44,018 nt of DNA, from assembly GCA_023269735.1 (NCBI GenBank), contig JAGDWA010000043.1:1587-45604 (forward strand), written 5' to 3'. Positions 1-8,742 of this stretch are shown here, in pieces. Numbering within the stretch: position 1 is the first letter of the stretch; every line of letters begins with the position of its first letter. The notes beneath the pieces were generated by a model. It did not search any database. It saw nothing but the letters and a program-made list of their open reading frames with translations, and had not been told where the DNA came from. Made by a program: the position numbers and the translations under genes. Origin of the DNA: Thermofilum sp. Lineage in GTDB: Archaea > Thermoproteota > Thermoprotei > Thermofilales > Thermofilaceae.

Positions 1-210
1 TTGGGGCCCGGCGACGGGTCCCGTGGCCGAGACGAGGGCTCCCGTAGAAGACGGGGTTGATGGGGTGGCGGTGTAAGCGCCGAGGGCCGCTGGGCCCGAG
101 GCGTGAGCCGGCCACTCCCAATCGCCCGAGTGCGCCAGCCGAGTCGGCGCCCGCTCGGGCGTCGGCACCGCTGCGCTGTGGGCGGCGCTCGCCACCCTTC
201 TCGGGGCAAG

Positions 211-220
211 CGTTAAGTAC
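211..220 (+). promoter_or_regulatory. TATA-like box for the ABC exporter gene
   Basis: CGTTAAGTAC is centred about 27 nt upstream of the GTG at 242. It matches the (A/G)CTTAAA-type boxes seen before many genes in this window. Confidence 0.35.
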
Positions 221-241
221 TCCAGCCTGAAGCCTCCAGCC

Positions 242-2572
242 GTGCTGCGCTCCAAGATCCTGGAGCGCTACAGGATCCTGAAGCTCTACTCCGTCCTGCG
301 CCCCCACTGGCGCCTCCTGGCGCTCGTGCTCTCGCTCTCGCTGCTCGGCATCGCCCTCAGCGTGGTCTCGCCGCTCCTTACGCGCGCCATCGTGGACGAG
401 GGCATACTCAGGGGCGACCTGGGCGCGATCGCGAGGTACGCCGCCGCCCTCGCCGCGCTGAGCGTCGCGTCCACGGTCGTGGGCGCGGTCAGCGGGCTGT
501 ACCAGAGCATCCTGAGCGGCAGGGTGGCGCTCGACCTGCGCTCCAAGGTGTTCGCCGGCGCGATGGAGCTAGGGGTCGAGCTGTACCAGGAGGGGGCCCA
601 GGTGGGCGACGTCGTCGCCAGGCTCTACGGCTACGTGGACAGGGTCCAGCGCTTCATCGTCGGCAGCTTCGAGACCGCGATCATCAGCTCGCTGAGGCTG
701 GCGGCGCTGGCCGTTGTCTTCTCGCTCAACTGGAGGCTGGCGCTGGTCCTGCTCGCGCCGCTGCCAGCCTACGTGTACGGGCTGGTCAGGTACCAGCCGC
801 GCATGCGGACCCTGTTCGTCAAGAGGTGGACGAGGGTGAGCAGGATGTCCGCGTACGCGACCTCCCTCCTGAGCTCCGTCCTGCTGGTCAAGCTGGTGGG
901 CAGGGAGCGCGAGGAGGCGAAGCGCTACGAGGACCTGGCCGGCGAGGTCTACAACGCGGAGGTCGAGGTCGCCCGCTTCAGCGCGAAGGTCTACCCGTGG
1001 CTCAACCTGCTCCTCACGCTCTCCTCCGTCGCCGTGACCTTCCTGGGCGGGCTCATGGTCGCCAGGGGGGAGCTGACGATGGGGACGCTGACCGCCTTCC
1101 TCGCGTACGTGTGGCAGGTGTACGCCCCCGTGCAGGCCATAGCGGGCCTCGTGCCGCAGCTGGCCGAGGCCGAGGCGGCGTACGAGAAGATCGCGGAGGT
1201 CATGGAGGCGCGGCCGAGGGTCGCGGAGGCCCCCGACGCGGTGGAGCTGAGGGTGGTGGGCAGGGTGGAGGCGAGGGACGTGTGGTTCGAGTACTCGCCG
1301 GGCCGGCCGGTCCTGCGCGGCGTGAGCTTCTCGGTGGAGCCGGGCGAGGTCGTGGGCATCGTGGGCCCCAACGGGTCGGGCAAGACCACGCTCGTCAGGC
1401 TGCTGGTGAGGCTCTTCGACCCGACGCGCGGCGCCGTGCTCCTGGACGGCGTGGACCTCCGCCGGGTGAGGCTCTCGAGCCTGAGGGGCCAGGTGATGCT
1501 GGTGCCCCAGGAGCCCATACTGCTGCCGGGGAGCGTGGCCTACAACATCACGTACGGCGCCGAGGCCCCCGACCCGGTGTCCGTCCTCTACGCCGCCTGG
1601 CTCTGCGGGGCGCACAGATTCATCATCGAGCTGCCCCTCGCGTACGACAGCGACGTGGGGGAGCAGGGCAGGATCCTCTCCGGGGGGCAGCGCCAGCTGA
1701 TATGCCTGGCGAGGGCCGCCATGCTGAGGCCCAGGGTCCTGATCCTGGACGAGGCAACGAGCAACGTCCACGTCGAGCTGGAGGAGGTGATCCTCACGAG
1801 GCTGCTGGGCTACCTCAGGGACTCGACCGTCATCGCCATCTCGCACAGGCCCACGCTCAACAAGTTCGTCGGCAGGGTGATACTCGTCAGCGACGGCAGG
1901 GTGCTGGGCGAGGAGAGCGGCGGGCTCCGGGAGAGGCCCCCGCCGCCCCCCTTCCTGAGGGTCGTCGACCCGAGGGGCCTCAGAGTGCTCGACAGGGGGG
2001 CCTGGCTGGAGGCCGAGGTGGACGGGGTGAGGCTGGCGGAGCTGAGGGCCAGGCTCCCCTTCCCCCTCACCAACCCGCGCGTGCTCCTGCTCTACCGCGA
2101 CCCCGACGACGCCATCGTGGTGGAGGACTGGTCCGCGCTGGACGAGGCCTCGAGGGCGGCGGTGGCGAGGCACCTGGTGAAGGAGCACGGGCTGAGCCTG
2201 GCGCGGCTGGTGAGCGTCCTGCCGCTGGGGGGAGGGGGGCCGCGCGGCGGGCGGCCGCTCTCACTGAGCGTGGTCCTCGAGACGGCGGAGGGGAGGCTGG
2301 AGGTGGACGTCCCCGCCTCCAACCTGCTGCTGCTCGACGGCGTGCTGGTGGTCGTGGCGCCGAACCGCGTCTACATCGTCGACCCCGAGGCCTCCGACCG
2401 CGGCGCCCTCTGGAGCGCGAGGGCCGTGGCCTGGGAGCCGCCGAGCCCCTTCGGCGGCTACGGCGCGAAGTGGCTCCTCGAGTGGCTCCCCGACCTCGGC
2501 GCCGGAGGCGGGGCCGCGAGCCCGCCGCCCCGCGGGCAGGTTTATGGGCTTCTGCGCGCCAGCGCGCCGTGA
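242..2572 (+). CDS. ABC-type exporter (TMD-NBD half transporter) with a C-terminal DUF1854-like domain
   Basis: ORF 242..2572 has a GTG start. The N-half is hydrophobic and multi-helical. It is followed by Walker A GPNGSGKTT, signature LSGGQRQ, Walker B VLILDEATS and H-loop ISHRP. A further ~200 aa (LRVVDPRGLRVLD...RLPFPLTNPRVLLLY...) align by eye with the stand-alone ORF 33647..34156. Confidence 0.85.
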   Translation: MLRSKILERYRILKLYSVLRPHWRLLALVLSLSLLGIALSVVSPLLTRAIVDEGILRGDLGAIARYAAALAALSVASTVVGAVSGLYQSILSGRVALDLRSKVFAGAMELGVELYQEGAQVGDVVARLYGYVDRVQRFIVGSFETAIISSLRLAALAVVFSLNWRLALVLLAPLPAYVYGLVRYQPRMRTLFVKRWTRVSRMSAYATSLLSSVLLVKLVGREREEAKRYEDLAGEVYNAEVEVARFSAKVYPWLNLLLTLSSVAVTFLGGLMVARGELTMGTLTAFLAYVWQVYAPVQAIAGLVPQLAEAEAAYEKIAEVMEARPRVAEAPDAVELRVVGRVEARDVWFEYSPGRPVLRGVSFSVEPGEVVGIVGPNGSGKTTLVRLLVRLFDPTRGAVLLDGVDLRRVRLSSLRGQVMLVPQEPILLPGSVAYNITYGAEAPDPVSVLYAAWLCGAHRFIIELPLAYDSDVGEQGRILSGGQRQLICLARAAMLRPRVLILDEATSNVHVELEEVILTRLLGYLRDSTVIAISHRPTLNKFVGRVILVSDGRVLGEESGGLRERPPPPPFLRVVDPRGLRVLDRGAWLEAEVDGVRLAELRARLPFPLTNPRVLLLYRDPDDAIVVEDWSALDEASRAAVARHLVKEHGLSLARLVSVLPLGGGGPRGGRPLSLSVVLETAEGRLEVDVPASNLLLLDGVLVVVAPNRVYIVDPEASDRGALWSARAVAWEPPSPFGGYGAKWLLEWLPDLGAGGGAASPPPRGQVYGLLRASAP

Positions 2573-3162
2573 TCCTTCCGGAGGTGGTCTACAAGGCCGA
2601 CCCCAGGGACAACGTGGGCACTGCCCTCGCCCCGCTGATCGAGGGGGCGGAGTACCCGGTGTACGAGGAGGGCAGGGGCATCGTCGATCGCATCAGGCCC
2701 GTGGTCCCGGTGCCCAAGTGGCACAAGGTGGCCCTCAGGGACATCGGCGAGGGGGAGGAGGTGGTGAAGTTCGGCTATACGGTGGGCATCAGCGCCATCG
2801 CCATCGAGAGGGGGTGCATAGTGCACGTGACGAACGTGCTCCTGGACCCCGGCTTCGACTTCCGCGAGGTGGTGAGGGCGGGGCTCGTGCTGGGCTTCGC
2901 CACAGCGCGGCTTGAGAGGGGCGACGTGCTGCGCGTGGGGCTGAACGTCCAACCCACCCACCCCCGCTTCAGGGGCCTCGCCCCGCGCACGAGGGTGGGC
3001 ATAGCAGCTACCGCGATCCCCGAGGGGGGCGTCGTCAGGATCGGCAACCTCCTGGAGCCTCCTCCCGGCGTCCGCGTGAGCGAGCGGTACGTCAGGCTCG
3101 TGCGGGACTTCTACAGGTTCCTCCGCGCCGGCCTCATCGAGTTCTCCAGGGTGCAGGTGTGA
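2569..3162 (+). CDS. UxaA-family dehydratase, N-terminal SAF-domain subunit
   Basis: This is the in-frame tail of track ORF 826..3162. The GTG at 2569 overlaps the ABC stop (GTGA). VALRDIGEGEEVVKFGYTVGISAIAIERGCIVHVTNV is the SAF/beta-clip pattern of altronate/galactarate-dehydratase N-domains. Confidence 0.7.
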   Translation: MILPEVVYKADPRDNVGTALAPLIEGAEYPVYEEGRGIVDRIRPVVPVPKWHKVALRDIGEGEEVVKFGYTVGISAIAIERGCIVHVTNVLLDPGFDFREVVRAGLVLGFATARLERGDVLRVGLNVQPTHPRFRGLAPRTRVGIAATAIPEGGVVRIGNLLEPPPGVRVSERYVRLVRDFYRFLRAGLIEFSRVQV

Positions 3163-4439
3163 TGGACACCGTCAGGGCGTACTACAGGAGGGAGAGGAGG
3201 GTCTACGGGGCCAGGAACCACGTCCTGATACTCCCCACGACCCCCTGCACCAACCGCCTGGCCGAGATCATCTACGAGGAGTTCAGGGGGGAGAGGTGGG
3301 GCGAGAGGGGGGAGAACAGGGTGGTCCTGGCCCGCCACGGCGCCGGCTGCTGCCACATCGGCTTCGACCTGGACGTGGCGCTCCGCACGCTGGCGGGGCT
3401 GGCGTCCCACCCCAACGTCCACGGGGTCCTCCTCGTCAGCTTGGGCTGCGGGCAGCTGTGCAAGATCCCGCTGAGGCCCGGCGAGAGCAAGCGCGACAAC
3501 CTGCTCTCGTTCAGGCTCTACGACAGGCTGCTGAAGAGGGGCGTGAAGGTCAGGTGGGTGAACCTGCAGGAGCCCTGGCCCGAGGGCTCGGACGGCTTCG
3601 AGCGGGTTGTGGAGCTCGGCCGCAGGTTCGTGAGGGAGATGGTGGAGGAGGCCTCGTCCGCCGAGCGGGTGGAGGCCCCAGTGAGGCGGCTGGTTGTCGG
3701 CGTCGGGAACGGCGCCTCCGACCCCACATCGGGCCTCTTCGCGAACCCCGCCGTGGGCTACGTGGTGGAGAAGCTGGTTGGCGAGGGCGCCAGCGTGGTC
3801 TTCGCGCAGACGACCGAGATCTTGGGCGGCGAGCAGCTCCTGCTGAGCCGGGTGGCGAGCGAGAGGGTGGCTCGGAAGCTGAGGAGGCTCCTCGAGGCCT
3901 CCTACGCGATGAAGATCGCGCTGGCGGACTACATGGGCGAGAGCGACCCCACGCCGGGCAACATAGCCAGCGGCATCTCGACGCTGGCTGAGAAGTCGCT
4001 GGGCAGCCTGCTGAAGGTGGGGCGCGACCCCTCGGTCAAGCTCCTCGACGTCCTCCCCTACGCCTGGCCGGTGCCGCGGGGGAGGGGTGGGCTCTACCTG
4101 ATGGACACCCCCGGCATGGACATACCGTCGATCACCGGCATGGTGGCGGGGGGCGCTCACGCCGTCATCTTCACGACGGGGCTGGGGACCCCTGTGGGCT
4201 CGGCCGTGAGCCCGGTGCTGAAGGTCACCGCCAACAGGGAGACTTACGCCAGGCTCTCGAGGATCATAGACGTCTACGTACCGGCCGAGGAGGTCTTCAG
4301 CGGGAGGAGCCTGCGCGACGTGGCCCTCGAGAGCGTGTACCCCGCGCTCCTCGACGTTCTCTCCGGCGACCGGCTGGCGAAGAGCGAGGTCAACGGCCAG
4401 GTCGACTTGGAGGTCAGGCAGTACTGGCTCCGCGCGTAG
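3159..4439 (+). CDS. UxaA-family dehydratase, large (C-terminal domain) subunit
   Basis: The ATG overlaps the upstream stop (ATGA). GCGQLC, GVGNGASDPTSG, PGNIASGISTLAEKSLGS and MDTPGMD...TTGLGTP resemble the UxaA/GarD C-domain. Confidence 0.8.
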   Translation: MMDTVRAYYRRERRVYGARNHVLILPTTPCTNRLAEIIYEEFRGERWGERGENRVVLARHGAGCCHIGFDLDVALRTLAGLASHPNVHGVLLVSLGCGQLCKIPLRPGESKRDNLLSFRLYDRLLKRGVKVRWVNLQEPWPEGSDGFERVVELGRRFVREMVEEASSAERVEAPVRRLVVGVGNGASDPTSGLFANPAVGYVVEKLVGEGASVVFAQTTEILGGEQLLLSRVASERVARKLRRLLEASYAMKIALADYMGESDPTPGNIASGISTLAEKSLGSLLKVGRDPSVKLLDVLPYAWPVPRGRGGLYLMDTPGMDIPSITGMVAGGAHAVIFTTGLGTPVGSAVSPVLKVTANRETYARLSRIIDVYVPAEEVFSGRSLRDVALESVYPALLDVLSGDRLAKSEVNGQVDLEVRQYWLRA

Positions 4440-4453
4440 CCGCACGCGCGGGC

Positions 4454-5296
4454 CTAGGGGTGGGCGACCCCCTTAAGGTCCACGATGTGTGGGGGCCTCC
4501 TCTTGTGGGCGGTTGCCTCCACGCGCCTGGCGATCCTCTGGACGACGTCGCGCGGCACCGAGAGCGCGCTGGCCACCTCGTCCGGCCTCAGCCCCAGGTC
4601 GACCATCGCGAAGAGCACGAGGTCGGCCACGTCGTACGTGAACCCCAGCTCGCTCTCGGCCATCTGCCCGGGCCAGAGCCGCGGGCTACTAGGCTTGTAG
4701 GCGATCCGGTCGGGGAGGCCCAGGTGCTTGGCGAGAGCCCTGACCTGGCTCTTGTAGAGGTCGGCGATCGGCAGGATGTCCGCCGCGCCGTCGCCGTACT
4801 TTGTGAAGTACCCCAGCATGAGCTCGCTCCGGTCGCTCGTGCCCGCCACGAGGCCGCCCAGCCTGTTGGCGGCGTAGTAGAGCATCACCATGCGCAGCCT
4901 GGCCTTGAGGTTCCCCAGCGAGACGCGGTCCCCGGGGTCGAAGAGGGGGAGGGCGGGGGGCGCCGCGGCCAGCAGCGGGTCGATGGGGGCGACGAACCGC
5001 TTGACGCCCAGCTCCTCCGCGAGGCTCAGGGCGTCGTCGAGGTCCTCCTTCGGCGTGGAGGTGGAGTCGGGCATTATGAGCACCACCGTGCGCTCGGGGC
5101 CCACGGCTCGGGCGCAGAGGGCCGCCACGACCGAGGAGTCGAGCCCCCCGCTCAGCCCCAGCACGTAGCAGCGGGCGCCCGAAGCCTCGAGGTACTCGGC
5201 CAGGCCCCGCTCGACCCTCTCCTCGACGGCCGCGTAATCGATCGAGAGCAGCTTAGCCCGGAGCTCGGCCGCGCTCCAGCGGGCGCCCTGCGCCAC
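4454..5296 (-). CDS. nadE: NH3-dependent NAD+ synthetase
   Basis: 280 aa. It carries the PP-loop LGLSGGLDSSVVAAL and the downstream TSDRSELMLGYFTKYGDG pattern typical of NadE. Confidence 0.9.
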   Translation of the reverse strand: MAQGARWSAAELRAKLLSIDYAAVEERVERGLAEYLEASGARCYVLGLSGGLDSSVVAALCARAVGPERTVVLIMPDSTSTPKEDLDDALSLAEELGVKRFVAPIDPLLAAAPPALPLFDPGDRVSLGNLKARLRMVMLYYAANRLGGLVAGTSDRSELMLGYFTKYGDGAADILPIADLYKSQVRALAKHLGLPDRIAYKPSSPRLWPGQMAESELGFTYDVADLVLFAMVDLGLRPDEVASALSVPRDVVQRIARRVEATAHKRRPPHIVDLKGVAHP

Positions 5297-5331
5297 GCGC
5301 GGCTGTGCGAAGTGCGCTTTAAAGCTCTCCC

Positions 5332-5733
5332 TCAGGCGAACGCCCTCCTAGACTTGACGTAGGTGAGCGTCGGAAGGCCCAGCGCCCGGGCCCTGCTTGC
5401 CAGCTCCCTGTCGGCCGTGAGGATGCAAGCCCCCTGCTCGGCCGCCAGCCTCAGGATCGCCTCGTCCACGCTGGCGCCCTCCGCCTTCACGACCCTCACG
5501 GCCACCCACTCCGGGCCCCCGCCGAGCAGCAGCGCCAGCGCGAGCCTGGCAAGCCTGCCCCTCCTGCCCCTGCCCCCGGCGAGCCTCCTCAGCTCCTCCA
5601 GGACGGGGTGGGGTACCAGCAGCTCCACCTCGCCCTCGAGGACCTCGCCGAGAGACCCGTAGAAGTCGCACCCGTCCTCCACGCAGGCCATGACGGCGCT
5701 GCTGTCGATCAGCACCCGCCGCCTCCGCTCCAC
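5332..5733 (-). CDS. PIN-domain protein (Fcf1/Utp24-like)
   Basis: VLIDSSAVMA...LVPHPVLEELRRL...ILTADRELASRA shows the PIN acidic-residue pattern. Start is chosen at GTG 5733, about 33 nt after the AT-rich box at 5758-5776. The track ORF extends to 5781. Confidence 0.65.
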   Translation of the reverse strand: MERRRRVLIDSSAVMACVEDGCDFYGSLGEVLEGEVELLVPHPVLEELRRLAGGRGRRGRLARLALALLLGGGPEWVAVRVVKAEGASVDEAILRLAAEQGACILTADRELASRARALGLPTLTYVKSRRAFA

Positions 5734-5874
5734 GCGGTAGCCTGGCGCGGCTGCTAGCCTAAAGTTTTTTGAAAAACCCACGAGAGCCCGCCTCGGGCGG
5801 CAAGGGCGCGGAAGCTACCCGAGCAGCCTCCCCTTATGCAGTGGGCTTAAGCTGACCGGCTGGAGGAGGCGGCG

Positions 5875-7212
5875 ATGCCGGGGCGCAGGAGGGTCATCAT
5901 CATGGGGGCGGGGGGGCGCGACTTCCACAACTTCAACGTCTTCTTCAGGGGCAGGCCTGATTACGAGGTCGTCGCGTTCACGGCGTCGCAGATCCCCGGC
6001 ATCTCGAACAGGCGCTACCCACCGGAGCTTGCGGGCCCGCACTACCCGCAGGGGATACCGGTGTACGATGAGGAGGAGCTCCCGCGGCTGATACGGGAGC
6101 TGGGGGTCGACGAGGTCGTGCTGTCCTACAGCGACATAACGTGCGAGGACTTCCTCATCAAGGTGAGCAAGGTCCTGGCGGCGGGCGCCAGCTTCCGGAT
6201 CCTGGGCCCCCGGGAGACGATGCTCGAGTCCTCCAAACCGGTGATCGCTGTGACCGCCACCCGGACTGGGGCGGGCAAGAGCACGACGTCCCGCTACGTG
6301 GTCAGGCTGCTGAAGGAGGTGGGGCTGAGGCCGGTGGTGATCAGGCACCCGATGGCGTACGGTGACCTGGCCTCGATGAGGGTCCAGAGGTTCAGCCGCC
6401 TCGAGGACCTGGACTCCTGCGCGTGCTCCATAGAGGAGAGGGAGGAGTACGAGCAGCACTTGCGCGAGGGGACGGCCGTGTACGCGGGGGTGGATTACGA
6501 GGAGGTGCTAAGGGAGGTCGAGAGGGGGCCCTACGACGTCATCGTCTGGGACGGCGGGAACAACGACTGGCCGTTCATAAGGCCCGACCTCTACATCACG
6601 GTCGTGGACCCCACGAGGCCCGCGAGCGAGCTCTCGTTCCCGGGCCTTGTCAACGTGCTGCTGGCCGACGTGGTGGTGGTGAACAAGGTGAACGTCGCGG
6701 AGAGGCACGCGGTTGATGCGACGATCGAGAGGATCAGGCGCTTCAACCCCAACGCGAGGGTAGTTGAGGCCTCCTCCCTCGTCCACGTGGACGAGCCGGA
6801 GCTCGTGAAGGGGAGGAGAGTCCTCGTGGTCGAGGACGGGCCCTCAGTGACGCATGGTCACATGCCGTACGGCGCTGGCTACGTAGCCGCCGTCAAGTAC
6901 GGCGGCGTGGTGGTCGACCCCAGGCCCTACGCAATCGGCACCCTGAGGAAGATCTATGAGGAGTACAAGCACATCGGCCCTGTGCTCCCCACGATGGGCT
7001 ACAGCCCCGAGCAGATGAGGGAGCTTGAGGAGGTAATAAACGCGGTCCCCGCCGAGACGGTGGTGCTCGGGACCCCGAGCGACCTCAGGAGGTACATGAA
7101 GATCGGCAAGCCCGTTGTGAGGGTGCGCTTCGAGCTCCATGAGGGGGGCGCACTGGCGAGCATAATACGCGACTTCGCGGAGAGGATGAGGGCGCATGGA
7201 AGGGTCCCTTGA
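5875..7212 (+). CDS. COG2403-type P-loop protein (predicted GTPase / cyclic 2,3-diphosphoglycerate synthetase-like)
   Basis: N-terminus VIIMGAGGRDFHNFNVFFRG...EVVAFTASQIPG and P-loop TATRTGAGKST, then CSIEEREEYEQH and WDGGNNDWPF. This pattern is remembered from the COG2403 family. ATG 5875 lies behind GGCTTAAGCTG. Confidence 0.7.
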   Translation: MPGRRRVIIMGAGGRDFHNFNVFFRGRPDYEVVAFTASQIPGISNRRYPPELAGPHYPQGIPVYDEEELPRLIRELGVDEVVLSYSDITCEDFLIKVSKVLAAGASFRILGPRETMLESSKPVIAVTATRTGAGKSTTSRYVVRLLKEVGLRPVVIRHPMAYGDLASMRVQRFSRLEDLDSCACSIEEREEYEQHLREGTAVYAGVDYEEVLREVERGPYDVIVWDGGNNDWPFIRPDLYITVVDPTRPASELSFPGLVNVLLADVVVVNKVNVAERHAVDATIERIRRFNPNARVVEASSLVHVDEPELVKGRRVLVVEDGPSVTHGHMPYGAGYVAAVKYGGVVVDPRPYAIGTLRKIYEEYKHIGPVLPTMGYSPEQMRELEEVINAVPAETVVLGTPSDLRRYMKIGKPVVRVRFELHEGGALASIIRDFAERMRAHGRVP

Positions 7213-8077
7213 GCTGCTCGTGGAGCCCCGGAGGCCCTCCTTCCTGAGCTACCCCAGCGACCTCTCCCGCGCGAGGGCAGTGATCGTGGGCGTGCCTTTC
7301 GACGGCGGCTCCACGTGCAAGCCCGGGTGCCGCTACGCCCCCCTCGTCGTGAGGGCTGTTTCGCAGGACTTAGAGACGTACGACGCCTGCCGCCGCATCG
7401 ACGCCGACGAGCTGCCGGTGGCCGACGTGGGCGACCTGGCCGCAACAGGGGTGCGCGCGGAGTCGATGCTCAAGAGCGCGTCGCGCGCCGTGGGCGAGCT
7501 GGTAGCCAGGGGGAAGAGGGTGGTGGCTATAGGGGGCGACCACACGATCACCCTGGGCGTCCTAAAGGGCCTCGGGAAGCGCGTCTCGCTCGTCTACTTC
7601 GACGCCCACCTGGACTACAGGGACGAGTACCCCCCGGGGGAGAGGGTGAGCCACGCCACGGTGCTCAGGAGGGCCGTCGAGGGGGGGCTTGCGGCGGGCG
7701 CCGTGGTCGTGGGGGCGCGCGCGTTCTCCAGGGAGGAGGTAGAAGTCGCGGAGGGAGCGGGCGTCGCGTTGCTCGGGCCGGAGGCGACCCCCAGGGACCT
7801 CGAGGACGCCCTGAGCACGGTCAGCGCGCCCCTGTACGTCAGCATCGACGTCGACGCCCTCGATCCCGCGTACGCGCCTGGTGCCTCTTGCCCCGAGCCC
7901 GGGGGGTTTAGCTTCCTCCAGCTCTCCAAGCTGTTGGAGCGGGCCCTGGAGGGGGAGGTCGTGGGCGCGGACGTTGTGGAGGTCAACCCGCTCGCGGACG
8001 TGAACGAGGTCACGAGCCGCGTAGCCGCCAAGCTGCTGGTCAAGTGCCTCATCGGCCTCGCTGCTAGATCGCCCTGA
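7196..8077 (+). CDS. speB: agmatinase (arginase/ureohydrolase family)
   Basis: Mn-site motifs are present: GGDHTIT, DAHLDY and SIDVDALDPAYAPG. It overlaps the upstream gene by 17 nt. Confidence 0.85.
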   Translation: MEGSLELLVEPRRPSFLSYPSDLSRARAVIVGVPFDGGSTCKPGCRYAPLVVRAVSQDLETYDACRRIDADELPVADVGDLAATGVRAESMLKSASRAVGELVARGKRVVAIGGDHTITLGVLKGLGKRVSLVYFDAHLDYRDEYPPGERVSHATVLRRAVEGGLAAGAVVVGARAFSREEVEVAEGAGVALLGPEATPRDLEDALSTVSAPLYVSIDVDALDPAYAPGASCPEPGGFSFLQLSKLLERALEGEVVGADVVEVNPLADVNEVTSRVAAKLLVKCLIGLAARSP

Positions 8078-8204
8078 CCCTCTTCACGACCGGCGCGCGC
8101 AGCTTGATTACGATCCTCCAGCCGCAGTAGGGGCACTTCACCCCCGGAAGTATCTTCATCTCCTCGCTGGAGAACTCCTTGCCACACTTGGCGCACTTGT
8201 ACAT
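8064..8204 (-). CDS. rpoP: DNA-directed RNA polymerase subunit P (Rpo12)
   Basis: Not in the ORF track because it is too short. Hand translation gives MYKCAKCGKEFSSEEMKILPGVKCPYCGWRIVIKLRAPVVKRVRAI followed by TAG. The CxxC...LPGVxCPYCG zinc ribbon and K/R tail closely resemble Sulfolobus RpoP. Confidence 0.8.
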   Translation of the reverse strand: MYKCAKCGKEFSSEEMKILPGVKCPYCGWRIVIKLRAPVVKRVRAI

Positions 8205-8252
8205 TCGCTCCCCCGAGCCCACGGGGGGTGGATCGCGCATAGCTTTTGACCC

Positions 8253-8672
8253 TTACGCCAGCGGGCGCAGCTCGGCTAGCACTAGCTGCCGCCTGAGGGG
8301 GCATGCAACGTTGCCGACGACCCTGACCACCTCCACCGGCTCACCGTCGTCGAGGGGGGCCTGGGCGCAGAGGCGGCGGGAGGGGCACTCGCGCATCCCG
8401 CAGTCGATCCTCTCGAACCTCACCCTCACGCCGGGGACCGCCGCCCTAGCCTCGATCGCCGCGCGCAGCGGCTCCTCCTCCACCTCAACGACGTACATCT
8501 TCTCGCCCAGGATCGGGCAGGTGTGGGAGGCCCTACGCACCGCGACGATCTTGTAGCGTCGCCCGTGCCGTATCGATCCGGCGCAGGCGTTGAAGAACTC
8601 GCATCTGAAGCAGCGCGGGTCGACGAAGGCCCTGAAGGTGAGCCCCCTCCTCGCCTGGGCCTCTGGAACCAT
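8253..8672 (-). CDS. UPF0179-family cysteine-rich protein
   Basis: [10 protein letters not shown]...[28 protein letters not shown]...[12 protein letters not shown]...ACPL matches the UPF0179 Cys pattern. Start is chosen at the internal ATG 8672 ([13 protein letters not shown]). The track ORF extends to 8744, across the psmB promoter. Confidence 0.7.
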   Translation of the reverse strand: MVPEAQARRGLTFRAFVDPRCFRCEFFNACAGSIRHGRRYKIVAVRRASHTCPILGEKMYVVEVEEEPLRAAIEARAAVPGVRVRFERIDCGMRECPSRRLCAQAPLDDGEPVEVVRVVGNVACPLRRQLVLAELRPLA

Positions 8673-8706
8673 CGAGAGTTTGGCCACGGCTGCTGTCGCC
8701 GATACG

Positions 8707-8716
8707 TTTTTAAATA
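8707..8716. promoter_or_regulatory. Shared, near-palindromic TATA box between divergent UPF0179 and psmB genes
   Basis: TTTTTAAATA lies about 32 nt upstream of psmB ATG 8743 and about 39 nt upstream of the minus-strand ATG 8672. Confidence 0.45.
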
Positions 8717-8742
8717 GCTGCTGTCTAGCTCGAAGGGAGGCC

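Noticed and set aside
1-195. Open minus-strand frame running off the left edge (VASAAHSAAVPTPERAPTRLAHSGDWEWPAHASGPAALGAYTATPSTPSST…), starting at GTG 195.
   Set aside because: It is only about 65 codons long, low-complexity and without a motif. The candidate TATA box is too close (about 18 nt). A coding fragment cannot be distinguished from GC-rich noise without the neighbouring sequence.
569-2188. Long antisense or out-of-frame ORFs throughout the track. Examples: 569..2188 -, 826..2568 +, 3111..4445 -, 5815..6459 -, 9356..10567 -, 18605..20944 -, 25582..26430 -, 31480..33048 -, 34166..35413 -, 37104..38393 -, 39030..39863 -.
   Set aside because: Their products are R/G/P/H/Q-rich low-complexity strings lacking motifs. 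Each one overlaps a gene with clear family signatures. Such shadow ORFs are expected in very GC-rich DNA, where stop codons are rare.
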